Shown piece after piece: positions 18,034 through 28,000 of a stretch of DNA of 64,000 bases. Positions within the stretch are counted from its first letter, which is position 1, and each line of letters opens with the position of its first letter. The translations under genes were made by a program, and so were the position numbers. The notes under the pieces were generated by a model, which had not been told where the DNA came from, did not search any database, and saw only the letters and a list, made by a program, of their open reading frames with translations. The stretch is taken from positions 32,001 to 96,000 of the forward strand of contig JBBRPR010000014.1 of assembly GCA_038227875.1 (NCBI GenBank), written 5' to 3'. Source of the DNA: Planctomycetota bacterium (GTDB lineage Bacteria > Planctomycetota > SZUA-567 > H5-PLA8).

Positions 18034-18906
18034 ATGTCCGCAATCGCCAAACTCAGCCCTAATCCAGTCAATGGACATCATGCTCGAAAGAGCATCGGCA
18101 ATACACAATTCAAAGGACCTCTTGAAAATCTTCCCTACCCCACTGGCCCCGTCTCAACGCAGGAAGCGGTCAAGTCGATGTACGAGGACGGTTACGCCAT
18201 CCTCCCCAAAGTGCTGAACCGCGCCGAGGTCGCCGAGTTCCGGAAATTCATCGATCAATCCGGCGGTGATGATGCTCAGTATCAGGTCAAAGACTGGTGC
18301 TTCAATAAACAACTACCGATGAACTTTCATCGGGATCCGGCCATTCTCAAATACATGGATCCAGAACCGCTGATGCCAGTGTTGGATCAAATTCTGGGAC
18401 CCGATGGCCACGTCATTTCCGGTTCGATGTGGGTCACGGGTTCCGGGCGAAGCATGGGCATTCACGCCGATCATCTGTACTACAGCCTGCCTGAGGACAT
18501 CCACAGCGACCCGCGTTTTACGTTGCCCATTTTTTCAGTTTCGGCCCATCTCTACCTGAACGATATGACGGCGGAACTGGGACCGACCATACTCATCCCC
18601 GGCAGCCATCGCGCGGGTCGGCCGCCGAGCGATGAATGCACATGGAACGGCATCACGCCAAAAGCCGTCATGGTCCAGGCCGGCGACATCTGCCTTTTCC
18701 GCCACGAAATCTGGCACGGCGCATGGGGCAATACCAGCAAAACCGATCGCCGCTACATGGTTCAGGTTGCATATGCGCACACGACAATTGCAACCTGGGG
18801 CAATCCTTCGCTGCGCTTCAAGGAACTCTACAATCCGGAAGTCCTGTCAAGCCTGACGCCGCGCCAGGCCCGCCTGCTGGGACCGGAGTTCAGTCCGAGT
18901 TACTGA
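18034..18906 (+). CDS. phytanoyl-CoA dioxygenase (PhyH) family Fe(II)/2-oxoglutarate enzyme
   Basis: EDGY, HAD, GPT.LIPGSH, AGD..LF...WHG, RY; GAGGAG RBS. Confidence 0.85.
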   Translation: MSAIAKLSPNPVNGHHARKSIGNTQFKGPLENLPYPTGPVSTQEAVKSMYEDGYAILPKVLNRAEVAEFRKFIDQSGGDDAQYQVKDWCFNKQLPMNFHRDPAILKYMDPEPLMPVLDQILGPDGHVISGSMWVTGSGRSMGIHADHLYYSLPEDIHSDPRFTLPIFSVSAHLYLNDMTAELGPTILIPGSHRAGRPPSDECTWNGITPKAVMVQAGDICLFRHEIWHGAWGNTSKTDRRYMVQVAYAHTTIATWGNPSLRFKELYNPEVLSSLTPRQARLLGPEFSPSY

Positions 18907-19029
18907 TTCCCAACACAGCCCGTCCATCGGCTTCGCGCATTTCGTTTCGCTGGCGCCGACGACGATCAGTTCGCCGTAGGCAAACGATTGATTCTAGCGA
19001 AAAAAGACTGTTCCTGTACAAGGTGCCGC

Positions 19030-21336
19030 ATGGGTGACCGCGGCTATCTCCCCCTCTTCCTATGTACTCTTGCTGCTTGTGCGTGTTGCGAAGCGGCGCA
19101 AGTCACTGGCGACGTGCTTCACGTGAGCGTCGATGGAACGACGGAGTATGCGATACTCCTTGCCGCCGACGCGTCCGTTGCAGAGAAGCACGCGGCCGAC
19201 GAGCTGGGCGCATACCTCAAACAGGTAACGGGCGCGGAATTTCAACGCGTGGCGAAGGCCCCGGATGGGAAGCCGGTCCTCGCGGTCGGTGCCGGCGCGG
19301 CGTTGGCAATCGAGCCGGGAATTGATCTGAAGGACCTCGGGCCGGAGGGCAACGTCATCCGGATGACCGGGAAGAACATCATTCTTTCCGGTGGCGAGGG
19401 CGCGCCCCGCGGGACGCTCTACGCGGTCTACGCGTTTCTCGAAGATTTCGTCGACATTCATTGGTGGACGCCGGATGCGACGCAAATTCCGAAGCAGCCA
19501 AATCTCGTGATTGCGCCTCGCGATAGTCGTTATCGCCCGGTGTTCGAATACCGCGACCCGTTCATCAAAAGTGCGTTTGATCCGGATTTTGCGGTCCGCA
19601 ACCGCATCAATGGACTCTACCGCGATTTCGGCGACGCGCGCGGCGGAGCGATGTCGTATGCGAATTCGTTCGTTCACACGATGTATGACCTGGTCCCTCC
19701 GAAGGAGCATTTTGAAAAACATCCGGAGTGGTTTGCGGAGATCAACGGCAAGCGGACGGGCGGGGGATCCCAGTTGTGCGTGAGTAACCCCGAACTGCAA
19801 GCGTTTACGAAGCAGCGGGTGCGCGCATGGATCAAGGCCAATCCTCACGCGTCGATCGTCTCCGTATCGCAGAACGACTTCCCGATTCCCTGCCAGTGCA
19901 AACAATGCAAGGCGATTGAAGAGGAAGAAGGCAGCGCCGCGGGCCCGCTGCTGCGTTTTGTCAACGCCATCGCGTTGGATCTCGAAGCCGATTATCCGCA
20001 CATCGCCGTGGATACGCTTGCCTACCAATACAGCCGCAAGGCGCCGAAGATCACGAAGCCACGCGATAACGTCATCATCCGGTTGTGCTCGATTGAATGT
20101 TCGTTCCTGCAGCCGCTGGACAGCGCGGCCAATCAGAGTTTCCGCGCGGACATTGAGGCCTGGTCGAAGATCGCGAAGAAGCTGTACGTGTGGGATTACG
20201 TCGTTAACTTTTCGCATTTCCTCGCACCGCATCCGAATCTGCGCGTGTTGGAGCCAAACATTCGCTTTTTTGCGGAACACCGCGTGGCTGGAATTCTCGA
20301 GCAGGGCGACAACCGGGCGCACTGCGGCGAATTTGCAGAGTTGAAAGCCTGGGTGCTGGCCAAATTGCTGTGGAACCCGCAGCTCAAGGCCGACGCCTTG
20401 ATCGATCAGTTCCTGCGCGGTTATTACGGCGACGCGGCTCCATCGGTACGGGCCTGCATCGACCTGTTGCACAACACTGCGGAGCCGACCGGTTACTATT
20501 TGAAAATGGACGATGAAATGACCGCGCCGTATCTAACGGTGGAGTTGCTTGGGAAATCCGAAGCGCTGTTGCAAGCGGCGTTGAAAGCGGTGGACGGCGA
20601 TCCTGTCCTGAAGCGGCGCGTGGAATGCGTTCAGCTGGGCGCGCGTTACGCCGCGGTCGTGCTCTGGCTGCAACTCCAGCGCGATGCGGCGCTGCGTGGC
20701 GCCGACTGGCCATTTTCGCGGACCCGGGATGAGTTGATCGCGGAGATCCGCCGCGTCTACACCGACAATAAAATCGAAGCGATGTTTGAAGACTGGAGTG
20801 GCGATCCTCGGCCGCACATCGACACGTTCGCGCTTCGCTATGGCAGCCGGAAGAAAGCCGTGCGCCCTGCCGGATTTGAACAGACCGGCGCCGCTGACTT
20901 TATCGATCTGCAAGATGAAAGCGCGACGATCTGGGGGCGGCCCGAAAAAGGGGACTGGGCGCCCGACGCGAAGGCCTCCGACGGGAAAGCGATCTGGATG
21001 CCGTGCACGTACTACTCGTGGAGTTTCTATCTGCCGCTGAGCGCCCCGGTGGTGAACTGGGCCGCCGGGAGCGAGTGGACGGTTTATGCCGCCGTCCGCG
21101 CCACCAGGAAGGGCAACGAAGGGAATGCGTTCAGTCTTGGGATCTATGACAACGCAAACAAGCGCGACCTTGCGACCGTCGTCACACCGTGTCGTGACGT
21201 GACGGGCGAATATCAGATCTACAAAGTGGGGGCGATCAAGCCGGCGGCTGGGATTTACTTCTGGGCGTCGCCAGCCAACAATCCCGGCAATGCGGAAGCG
21301 GTGTGGGTGGATCGCTGGTTTTTGGTACGCCGCTGA
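19030..21336 (+). CDS. secreted DUF4838-type putative carbohydrate-active protein
   Basis: Signal peptide; N-terminal GH67/GH20-N-like block (AADELGAYL..VTG, RGTLYAVYAFLE); HPEWFA, QLCVSNP, SQND..CQC..C, TLAYQY, YVWDY, LLWNP. Confidence 0.8.
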   Translation: MGDRGYLPLFLCTLAACACCEAAQVTGDVLHVSVDGTTEYAILLAADASVAEKHAADELGAYLKQVTGAEFQRVAKAPDGKPVLAVGAGAALAIEPGIDLKDLGPEGNVIRMTGKNIILSGGEGAPRGTLYAVYAFLEDFVDIHWWTPDATQIPKQPNLVIAPRDSRYRPVFEYRDPFIKSAFDPDFAVRNRINGLYRDFGDARGGAMSYANSFVHTMYDLVPPKEHFEKHPEWFAEINGKRTGGGSQLCVSNPELQAFTKQRVRAWIKANPHASIVSVSQNDFPIPCQCKQCKAIEEEEGSAAGPLLRFVNAIALDLEADYPHIAVDTLAYQYSRKAPKITKPRDNVIIRLCSIECSFLQPLDSAANQSFRADIEAWSKIAKKLYVWDYVVNFSHFLAPHPNLRVLEPNIRFFAEHRVAGILEQGDNRAHCGEFAELKAWVLAKLLWNPQLKADALIDQFLRGYYGDAAPSVRACIDLLHNTAEPTGYYLKMDDEMTAPYLTVELLGKSEALLQAALKAVDGDPVLKRRVECVQLGARYAAVVLWLQLQRDAALRGADWPFSRTRDELIAEIRRVYTDNKIEAMFEDWSGDPRPHIDTFALRYGSRKKAVRPAGFEQTGAADFIDLQDESATIWGRPEKGDWAPDAKASDGKAIWMPCTYYSWSFYLPLSAPVVNWAAGSEWTVYAAVRATRKGNEGNAFSLGIYDNANKRDLATVVTPCRDVTGEYQIYKVGAIKPAAGIYFWASPANNPGNAEAVWVDRWFLVRR

Positions 21337-21352
21337 ACCGTGACCCCGCTCC

Positions 21353-23845
21353 TCACGGCTGAACGTCGATCGTGAACTTCTGCGTCGCCGTCCCGACATG
21401 TTCCGTGGTCGTCGACGCCACTTTCTCGTCGCCCCACTTGAGCGCCCCCTCATCCAGTTTTCGGACCTCGCGATCAATCGCGGCGCTCACCACGACCTCC
21501 GCGCTGCCCGCCGCGTCCGGCGTACCTGACAGCACGCCCGTCGCCGCGTCGATCTTCAACCACGCCGGGCCTTGCTGGATGGAATACTTCGGTTTTTCGA
21601 CATCCCAGAAGCTCGCCGTCTCCCCACCGTTGATCACACGCATGCGCAGATCGCCCAACGAACGGTTGGCGGCGAGTTGGAATTTGAAGTCGGCTTTGAC
21701 TTTTGCCGCCGTCAGCGGCGTGCTGAAAATCACTGGGCGCGGCGCCGTCGCGTAGTCCGACGGCCCGCTGCGTTTCTCCTGATTGTCGATCGCCACCACG
21801 CGGTAATACGTCTTGTTGGCCGCCGGCAATTTCACACCAGGGCCGAGCACCGCCAACTCCGTCGCCGTGGTTTCCGCGATGAAGTTCGCCGGAAATTGCG
21901 GCGGCAGCTCTTTCGTCGTGCCGATCGGCGCCGTGTACGGAACGTCGCTGATCGAAAACCCTTTCTCATCGCTGCCATAGACGCGGTACTTCACCGGCGC
22001 GCGGCCGGCCGGATTGGCCTTCCAGCGCAGCGTGCCGATCGATTTGTCCTTGTCGAAATCCACCGCAACGTCGAGCGGATACTCCGGCGCGTGCGCGGTA
22101 AAGCTCCACGTTTTGCTCCACGGACCCCACACGCCCTTGTCGTTCTTCGCGCGCACATGCCAGTAGTATTTTTTCTCCGACGCCAGCAGCCCGGGCATCG
22201 GCAGCGTAAATTGCGCCTTGCCCTTGTCGCCGGTTCGCGAGATCAGCTTGTAAAAACTCGTCGAAAGCGGCCATTTCATGTCGGGCCGGTTGGCGAGTTC
22301 GAAGTGATAATCCGCGATCGTGTTTCCACCAAGATCGCTGGCCGGCGCCCACTGGAAAACGAGCTCCGTGCCGCTGCTCTCACCGTCGTCGGCCGGAGCA
22401 ATGGCGGCTGGCGGCGCCGCCGGCGGTTTGGCTAGCGATCGTTCGACCCAACTATGCGTAATCCGTATCTGCCGCTCGCCCTTCGTTTCGTCCGTGTAGA
22501 CAAACGCGTTCTCGCCCACCTTCATCGACGGCAGCGCGAACGGCGCCATCTGGATGTCATTGACGATGCGCACTTTTTTAAGCTGCGCGTCTCCGGCGAG
22601 CTGACACTTTAATTTGTACTCGTACACCGCCGGACCTTCCGGCGTAAAGAACGCATCGAGATTCGCCCCCGCATCTTTCCACGTCTTCCCATCCGTGGAG
22701 ACCGCGAACTTCGCGCCCGCCGGTTCCGCTTCGATCCGGCCTCCGACGAAAACATAGGGACTCTTGATCGTCCAGGTCAGCGTGCCCGTCTTTCCGGACT
22801 CCGCCGTGAGCACCCCGCCAGATGCCGCGACGTTCTCAACCGCCGCGCCTTTGCGCCAGAGCTCCTTCGAAAAATCCGGCTGGTACTCCCAATTGCCGTT
22901 GTAGATCGTGTCCGGGTACAGCGGCTTGCGACCGCGGAATTTTCCCGGATTCAAATGCCCCCAGCGCCACGTGATCGCTTCGCCCGGGCGCAACGTCATG
23001 TTCATGGACGTGTCCATCTTCGCGTTGCGATCGCCGCCGATCGCGCCTTCAAAGACGTGCCGCGACGACTCGTACTGCTCCGAACTGCGCGTCTCCGGCT
23101 GCAGAATCCCCTGCGTGTGCGTGCGCGCAATCAGATCGTGATCGCGCACGATCTCCTGTTCGCTGGCGATCGTCTCGTTGTCGCGCAGCAGATAAAGCGT
23201 GTGCTCGTCGCCGTCCAGCAGATGCCAGCGCCCGTCGAAAAAAGCCTGCGTGATGCAGTGCCCGATCACCAGCGCCGGCGCGATTTTCAGACCGGCCGTT
23301 TTCCACAATCCGGCCATGCAGATCGAATCGTTGCCGCAGGTGTTGTGCCCGTAGATGTTGAAGACTTTGACCGGATCGCCCAGCTCCGTGTTGTCGCCGG
23401 CCCAATGGTAGCGGTGCTGTATCTCCTGAAACCACAACGCCATCGCCTTCTCGCGGTCCTGCATTCCCGGCGTCACGGCCAACGCCACAAGCTCCGCGAT
23501 CGTGCGCCCGGTGCGGCCATTCGAAAGCCACGGGTTCACCACGTCGCTCTCGCCCGTGTTCTCCAGCCGCACCGAACGGTTGGATTCCCACGTCTGCTCA
23601 AGGACGCCCTCGCGCGACAGCCCGCAGCCCAGCGGCGAGCGGCAGTTCTCGCCATCCATCGTCCCGCCCTGTGTGACCGTGTATTTATGGGGCGAGGACG
23701 TCGTGACCGTTTCGACGTGCTGCTTCGGCGCGTCGCTCGGTTGCGTCATCGACGCCCACGGTTCGCCGCCCTCGCTGGCCGACGCGTTCGCCGCGAGCAG
23801 CAGCACAAGACAATACGCAAAGCGAAATTTCGGTGGCGTGATCAC
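21353..23845 (-). CDS. secreted transglutaminase-like (Cys-His-Asp) protein with FN3-like and putative Ig domains
   Basis: GTG at 23845 with GGAGG RBS and signal peptide; TCGNDS, GHCITQAFFDGRWHLLDGD; YYWHVRAKN..GVWGPWS; PAWLKIDAATGVLSGTP. Confidence 0.7.
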   Translation of the reverse strand: MITPPKFRFAYCLVLLLAANASASEGGEPWASMTQPSDAPKQHVETVTTSSPHKYTVTQGGTMDGENCRSPLGCGLSREGVLEQTWESNRSVRLENTGESDVVNPWLSNGRTGRTIAELVALAVTPGMQDREKAMALWFQEIQHRYHWAGDNTELGDPVKVFNIYGHNTCGNDSICMAGLWKTAGLKIAPALVIGHCITQAFFDGRWHLLDGDEHTLYLLRDNETIASEQEIVRDHDLIARTHTQGILQPETRSSEQYESSRHVFEGAIGGDRNAKMDTSMNMTLRPGEAITWRWGHLNPGKFRGRKPLYPDTIYNGNWEYQPDFSKELWRKGAAVENVAASGGVLTAESGKTGTLTWTIKSPYVFVGGRIEAEPAGAKFAVSTDGKTWKDAGANLDAFFTPEGPAVYEYKLKCQLAGDAQLKKVRIVNDIQMAPFALPSMKVGENAFVYTDETKGERQIRITHSWVERSLAKPPAAPPAAIAPADDGESSGTELVFQWAPASDLGGNTIADYHFELANRPDMKWPLSTSFYKLISRTGDKGKAQFTLPMPGLLASEKKYYWHVRAKNDKGVWGPWSKTWSFTAHAPEYPLDVAVDFDKDKSIGTLRWKANPAGRAPVKYRVYGSDEKGFSISDVPYTAPIGTTKELPPQFPANFIAETTATELAVLGPGVKLPAANKTYYRVVAIDNQEKRSGPSDYATAPRPVIFSTPLTAAKVKADFKFQLAANRSLGDLRMRVINGGETASFWDVEKPKYSIQQGPAWLKIDAATGVLSGTPDAAGSAEVVVSAAIDREVRKLDEGALKWGDEKVASTTTEHVGTATQKFTIDVQP

Positions 23846-23938
23846 GAGCTGAGCCTCCAGTAGTGCTGCTAGCCTACGCCCGAACCTGCACACGTATTTA
23901 GACAGAAACGACTCTGCATTTATCAAATCATGACAACG

Positions 23939-24787
23939 CTACAGCGCCGAGGGTCGTTCCCGAAATTCGCTCGGATTGAGTTTCGTCTCGCGCAGGAACC
24001 AGCGCGAAAATCCGTGAATCGTCGGGAAGCCCAGCGTCTCTGCCACCTCCGTCACGTTCATGCCGCCTGCCGCCAGCATGTCCTTGGCGCGCGCCAGGCG
24101 CCGCCGCGTGACGTACACATGCGGCGTGCAGCCCATCACCGCGGAGAACTGCCGGAAAAACTGACGCGGCGAAAGTGCCGCCACTTCCGCCATTTCGCGA
24201 ATGTCCGGCGGCGACGTCAGGCATTCGTCGATCAGCTTCAGCACGGTGTCCAGCTTCCCCTTCGCCTCCGTCCAATCGTGCTCGCCCGGCATTTCACCTT
24301 TCGCGCCCGGCCAGACCGCAATGATCTCCGCCAGCGTGCTCAGCACCCCCAGCGACTGCTCCCGCCCCGTCGCGCACAACCATGCCACGCGCCGCATCGA
24401 GCGGATCAGCAGCCGCGGCGGCGCCGCCAAATGACAGAGCGTCGGAAACGCGCGATGCGTTACCGCCGGCGCGCGGGTCGAGACGGAAAGTTTGAACGTC
24501 AGCACTTCGGAGTCCGCGTTGAGGATCGTCAGCGCATGGCTGTGGCGTTCGCCCGGATAAAACACGTACGCGCTGGCCGCTTTCACCGCCATGCGCCGGC
24601 CTTCGCATTCCACGCTGCCGCCGCAGTGCAGCGCCAGATCGAACTGCATCAAATCCGCATGCGCATGCGGCAAGGTCCGCAGCAGACCCGCGTCCAGCAA
24701 TCGAGCCGCCTCGCGAATCTGCGCCGGCGCGCCGAAAACCCGCGCGCACAGTTCCCGGCGGCAGTCTTCCTGGCTGGGATTGGCCAT
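23939..24787 (-). CDS. AraC family transcriptional regulator
   Basis: Cupin PHAH...PGERH; HTH region (LSPRQFFRQF, RLARAKDML, VTEVAETLGF..FSRWF..NPSEFR); GGAG RBS. Confidence 0.9.
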   Translation of the reverse strand: MANPSQEDCRRELCARVFGAPAQIREAARLLDAGLLRTLPHAHADLMQFDLALHCGGSVECEGRRMAVKAASAYVFYPGERHSHALTILNADSEVLTFKLSVSTRAPAVTHRAFPTLCHLAAPPRLLIRSMRRVAWLCATGREQSLGVLSTLAEIIAVWPGAKGEMPGEHDWTEAKGKLDTVLKLIDECLTSPPDIREMAEVAALSPRQFFRQFSAVMGCTPHVYVTRRRLARAKDMLAAGGMNVTEVAETLGFPTIHGFSRWFLRETKLNPSEFRERPSAL

Positions 24788-24803
24788 CGCGAGCAACTCC
24801 TAA

Positions 24804-24986
24804 TGTAGTCCGGGCGTCCCGCCCGGTCTAACCTCGGCATACAGCAGGGCAGGTGAATTCGTTCGATGAACTTCGCTATCTTGCGAAGCAACAGCCCGTT
24901 GCTTTCGCGGTAGAACGCGCGCCGTTTGAACGCGCATGTCTCCCGTCATTAGGTGCGATTAGACCGGGCGGGACGCCCGGACTACA
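24804..24986. repeat. pair of inverted GTAG-type REP elements (REPIN-like)
   Basis: TGTAGTCCGGGCGTCCCGCCCGGTCTAA (24804-24831) and its exact reverse complement (24959-24986). Confidence 0.8.
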
Positions 24987-25091
24987 AAAGTCGGAGTATA
25001 CTCCACTGGCGCTTTTTGATAAACAAAACGTCCGCTCCGAATAAGACATTACTTTCGTCGGCGGTGTATCGAGTCCACTGGAGAACCCACT

Positions 25092-28000
25092 ATGCCGCGG
25101 CGATCCCACCTGTTAGCTCTCTGCGTCCCGCTCCTCGCTCTGGCTTCCGCACGCGCGCAGGACCAAGGCAACGCGCCGCTGCCCAACGGTGTCAGCGCCG
25201 TCTGGGATCTCGAAAAAGCCTTTCGCGAAAGCACGCCGACTCAAGAACGCGTCTGCCTCAACGGACTCTGGCTCTGGCAACCGGCCAAGCCGGAGAAAGA
25301 GGAAACCCCGCCCACTACCGCGTGGGGCTGGTTCAAAGTTCCCGGCCCGTGGCCCGGCGGCACCAGTTGGATCATGGCCAATTCGCAGACGCTCTACCCG
25401 CACCCCAGCTGGCAGGATAAATTCTGGGGAACAAACTCCGCGTGGTACCAACGCGATTTTTTCGTCCCGAAAGAATGGGCCGGCCGGCGCATTACCCTCA
25501 GCGCCGAGTACCTCAACTCCTTCGCCTCCGTCTTTGTCGATGGAAAACGCGCCGGTAAAATGCAGTTCCCCGGCGGCGAGGTCGACCTTACGCCGCTCTG
25601 CCAAGCGGCGGGCAAACACGTCCTCGCGCTGCGCGTCGTCGCCGCGCCGTTGCGCGAAATCGCGGTGCTCTTCAACGACACCAACACGGAGAACTCGATC
25701 AAGGCCTCCGTCGAACGCCGCGGTCTCTGCGGTGACGTCTTCCTCAACGCCGCGCCCGTCGCCGCGCGCATCGACGACGTGAAAATCGATACGTCCGTGC
25801 GCAAAGGCGAAATCACGCTCGACGCCGTGCTCCAGGATCTCCCCGCCGAAGGCCCGTACACGTTGCGCGCCGCGATCACCGACCACGGCAAGCCGGTCAA
25901 GGAATTCACCAGCGCTCCCTTTAAGAAGGGCGATCTGAAAAACGGACGCTTCGCGTTTTCCGAAAAGTGGAAGGCCGAGAAACTCTGGGACACGAATACG
26001 CCGCAAAATACGTATGACCTGCAACTCTCGCTCCTGGATTCCGGCGGCAAAGTCGTGGACACCGCTTTGCCCCGGCGCTTCGGCTTCCGTGAATTCTGGA
26101 TCGACGGCCGCGACTTTTATCTCAACGGCACGCGCATTTTCCTCTCGGTCGTGCCGACCGCGCTGGCCCAGGTCGCGACGCCCTTTGCCAGCTATGACAC
26201 CGCGCTCGAATCGTTCAAGCGCCTGCAAACCGCCGGGGTGAACTGCGTCTACACGCACAACTACGGCTGCGATCCCGGCGCGCACTTGAGTTTCACCGAA
26301 GTCCTCCGCGCCGCCGACGACGCCGGCATGCTCGTCTCGTTTACGCAGCCGCATTTTGGCCAGTACGACTGGTCCGCGCCCGACGCCGATCAGGCCAACG
26401 GCTACGCCCGCCACGCCGCGTTCTACGTCCGCGCCGCGCAGAATCATCCGGCCGTCGTGATGTATGCCATGAGCCACAACGCGACCGGCTACGTCGAGGA
26501 CTGCAATCCCGATCAGATCGGCAACGGCAAACCCGCGCCGCGCGAACAATGGGCGAGCAACAATGTCAAATCCGCGCTGCGCGCCGAGGCCATCGTCCAC
26601 GCGCTCGATCCGGGCCGCATCGTTTATCATCACTCGTCGGGCGATTTGAACGCGATCTACAACATTAATTTCTATCCCAACTTTGCGCCTGTCCAGGAAC
26701 TCTCCGACTGGTTCGAACCATGGGCGAAGAACGGCGTCAAGCCGGCCTTCCCCTGCGAATACGGCGCGCCGTGTACGTGGGATTTTTCGATGTACCGCGG
26801 CTGGTTCAAAGGCAAGCGGACCTTCGGCAACGCCAAAGTCCCCTGGGAATTCTGCCTCGCGGAATGGAAGTCGCAGTTCTACGGCGACAGCGCGTTTCAT
26901 CTGGAGGAAAACGAGAAGACGGTGCTCCGTTCCGAAACTAAATGGCTCGCGGAAGGCCGCGAAGGCTGGAACCGCTGGGATTATCCGCGCGAAAAACCGG
27001 TCGCCGATTTTCAAGACGTCGCCGCGCTCTACTTCATCGACAACTGCCGTGCGACCCGCACGTGGGGACTTTCCGCCTGCAATACCGCGTGGGAATTCGA
27101 GACCGCGTGGCTTCCCCGCGACGACGGCAAGCGCCCCCGCAAGGACCTGAAGACCGATTGGGAGCACCTCCAGCGTCCCGGCTTCAGCCCCGATTTCATC
27201 GAACTGGGCCGCACCGACTACGCCGCGCGGCGTTGGGACATGTCGCTCGACCGCGCCGATTGGACGCCCACCGCGCTCGGCGCGGCGATGCTGCGCAACA
27301 ACCAGCCGCTGCTCGGCTACATCGCCGGCAAGGCCGCGCATTTCACCAGCAAGGATCACAACTTTACGCCGGGAGAAAGCGTCGAAAAGCAACTGATCGT
27401 CCTGAACAATTCGCGCGTCACCGTTTCGTGCGAGTGCGAGTGGTCGCTGAATCTTCCCAAGCCGCTGAAGGGAAATCAGAAAGTCGAAGTCCCCACCGGC
27501 GACAAGCAAGCCGTTCCCATCCACATCGACCTTGGCGCGGACACACCGCCCGACATCTACGAACTCAGCGCGAGCTTCAAATTCAGCAACGGCCAAACCC
27601 AGACCGGCACGTTCGCGCTGCACGTTCTGCCCTCACCGCCGACGCTCAAAATCGCCGCGAAAATCGCGGTCTTCGATCCTAGCGGCGCGGCCGGCAAGTG
27701 GCTCAGCGCCATGGGCGTGACTGCCGAGAGCGTCAGTGCGACTGACGATCTCAGCGCTTACACCGTGCTCGTGGTCGGAAAATCCGCGCTGACCGTCGAG
27801 GGCGCCGCTCCGGACATCACCCGCGTCCGCGACGGCCTGCGCGTCGTCATCTTCGAGCAGACTTCCGCCGTCCTGGAACAGCGCTTCGGATTCCGCGTCG
27901 AAGAGTACGGGCTGCGCAAGGTCTTCCGGCGCGTCGGCAACAGCCCTGCGCTGGGTGACGTCTCCAACGGATATTTGCGCGACTGGCGCGGCGAGGCCAC

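Noticed and set aside
25113..27623. 836-aa minus-strand ORF
   Set aside because: Antisense shadow of the GH2-like gene.
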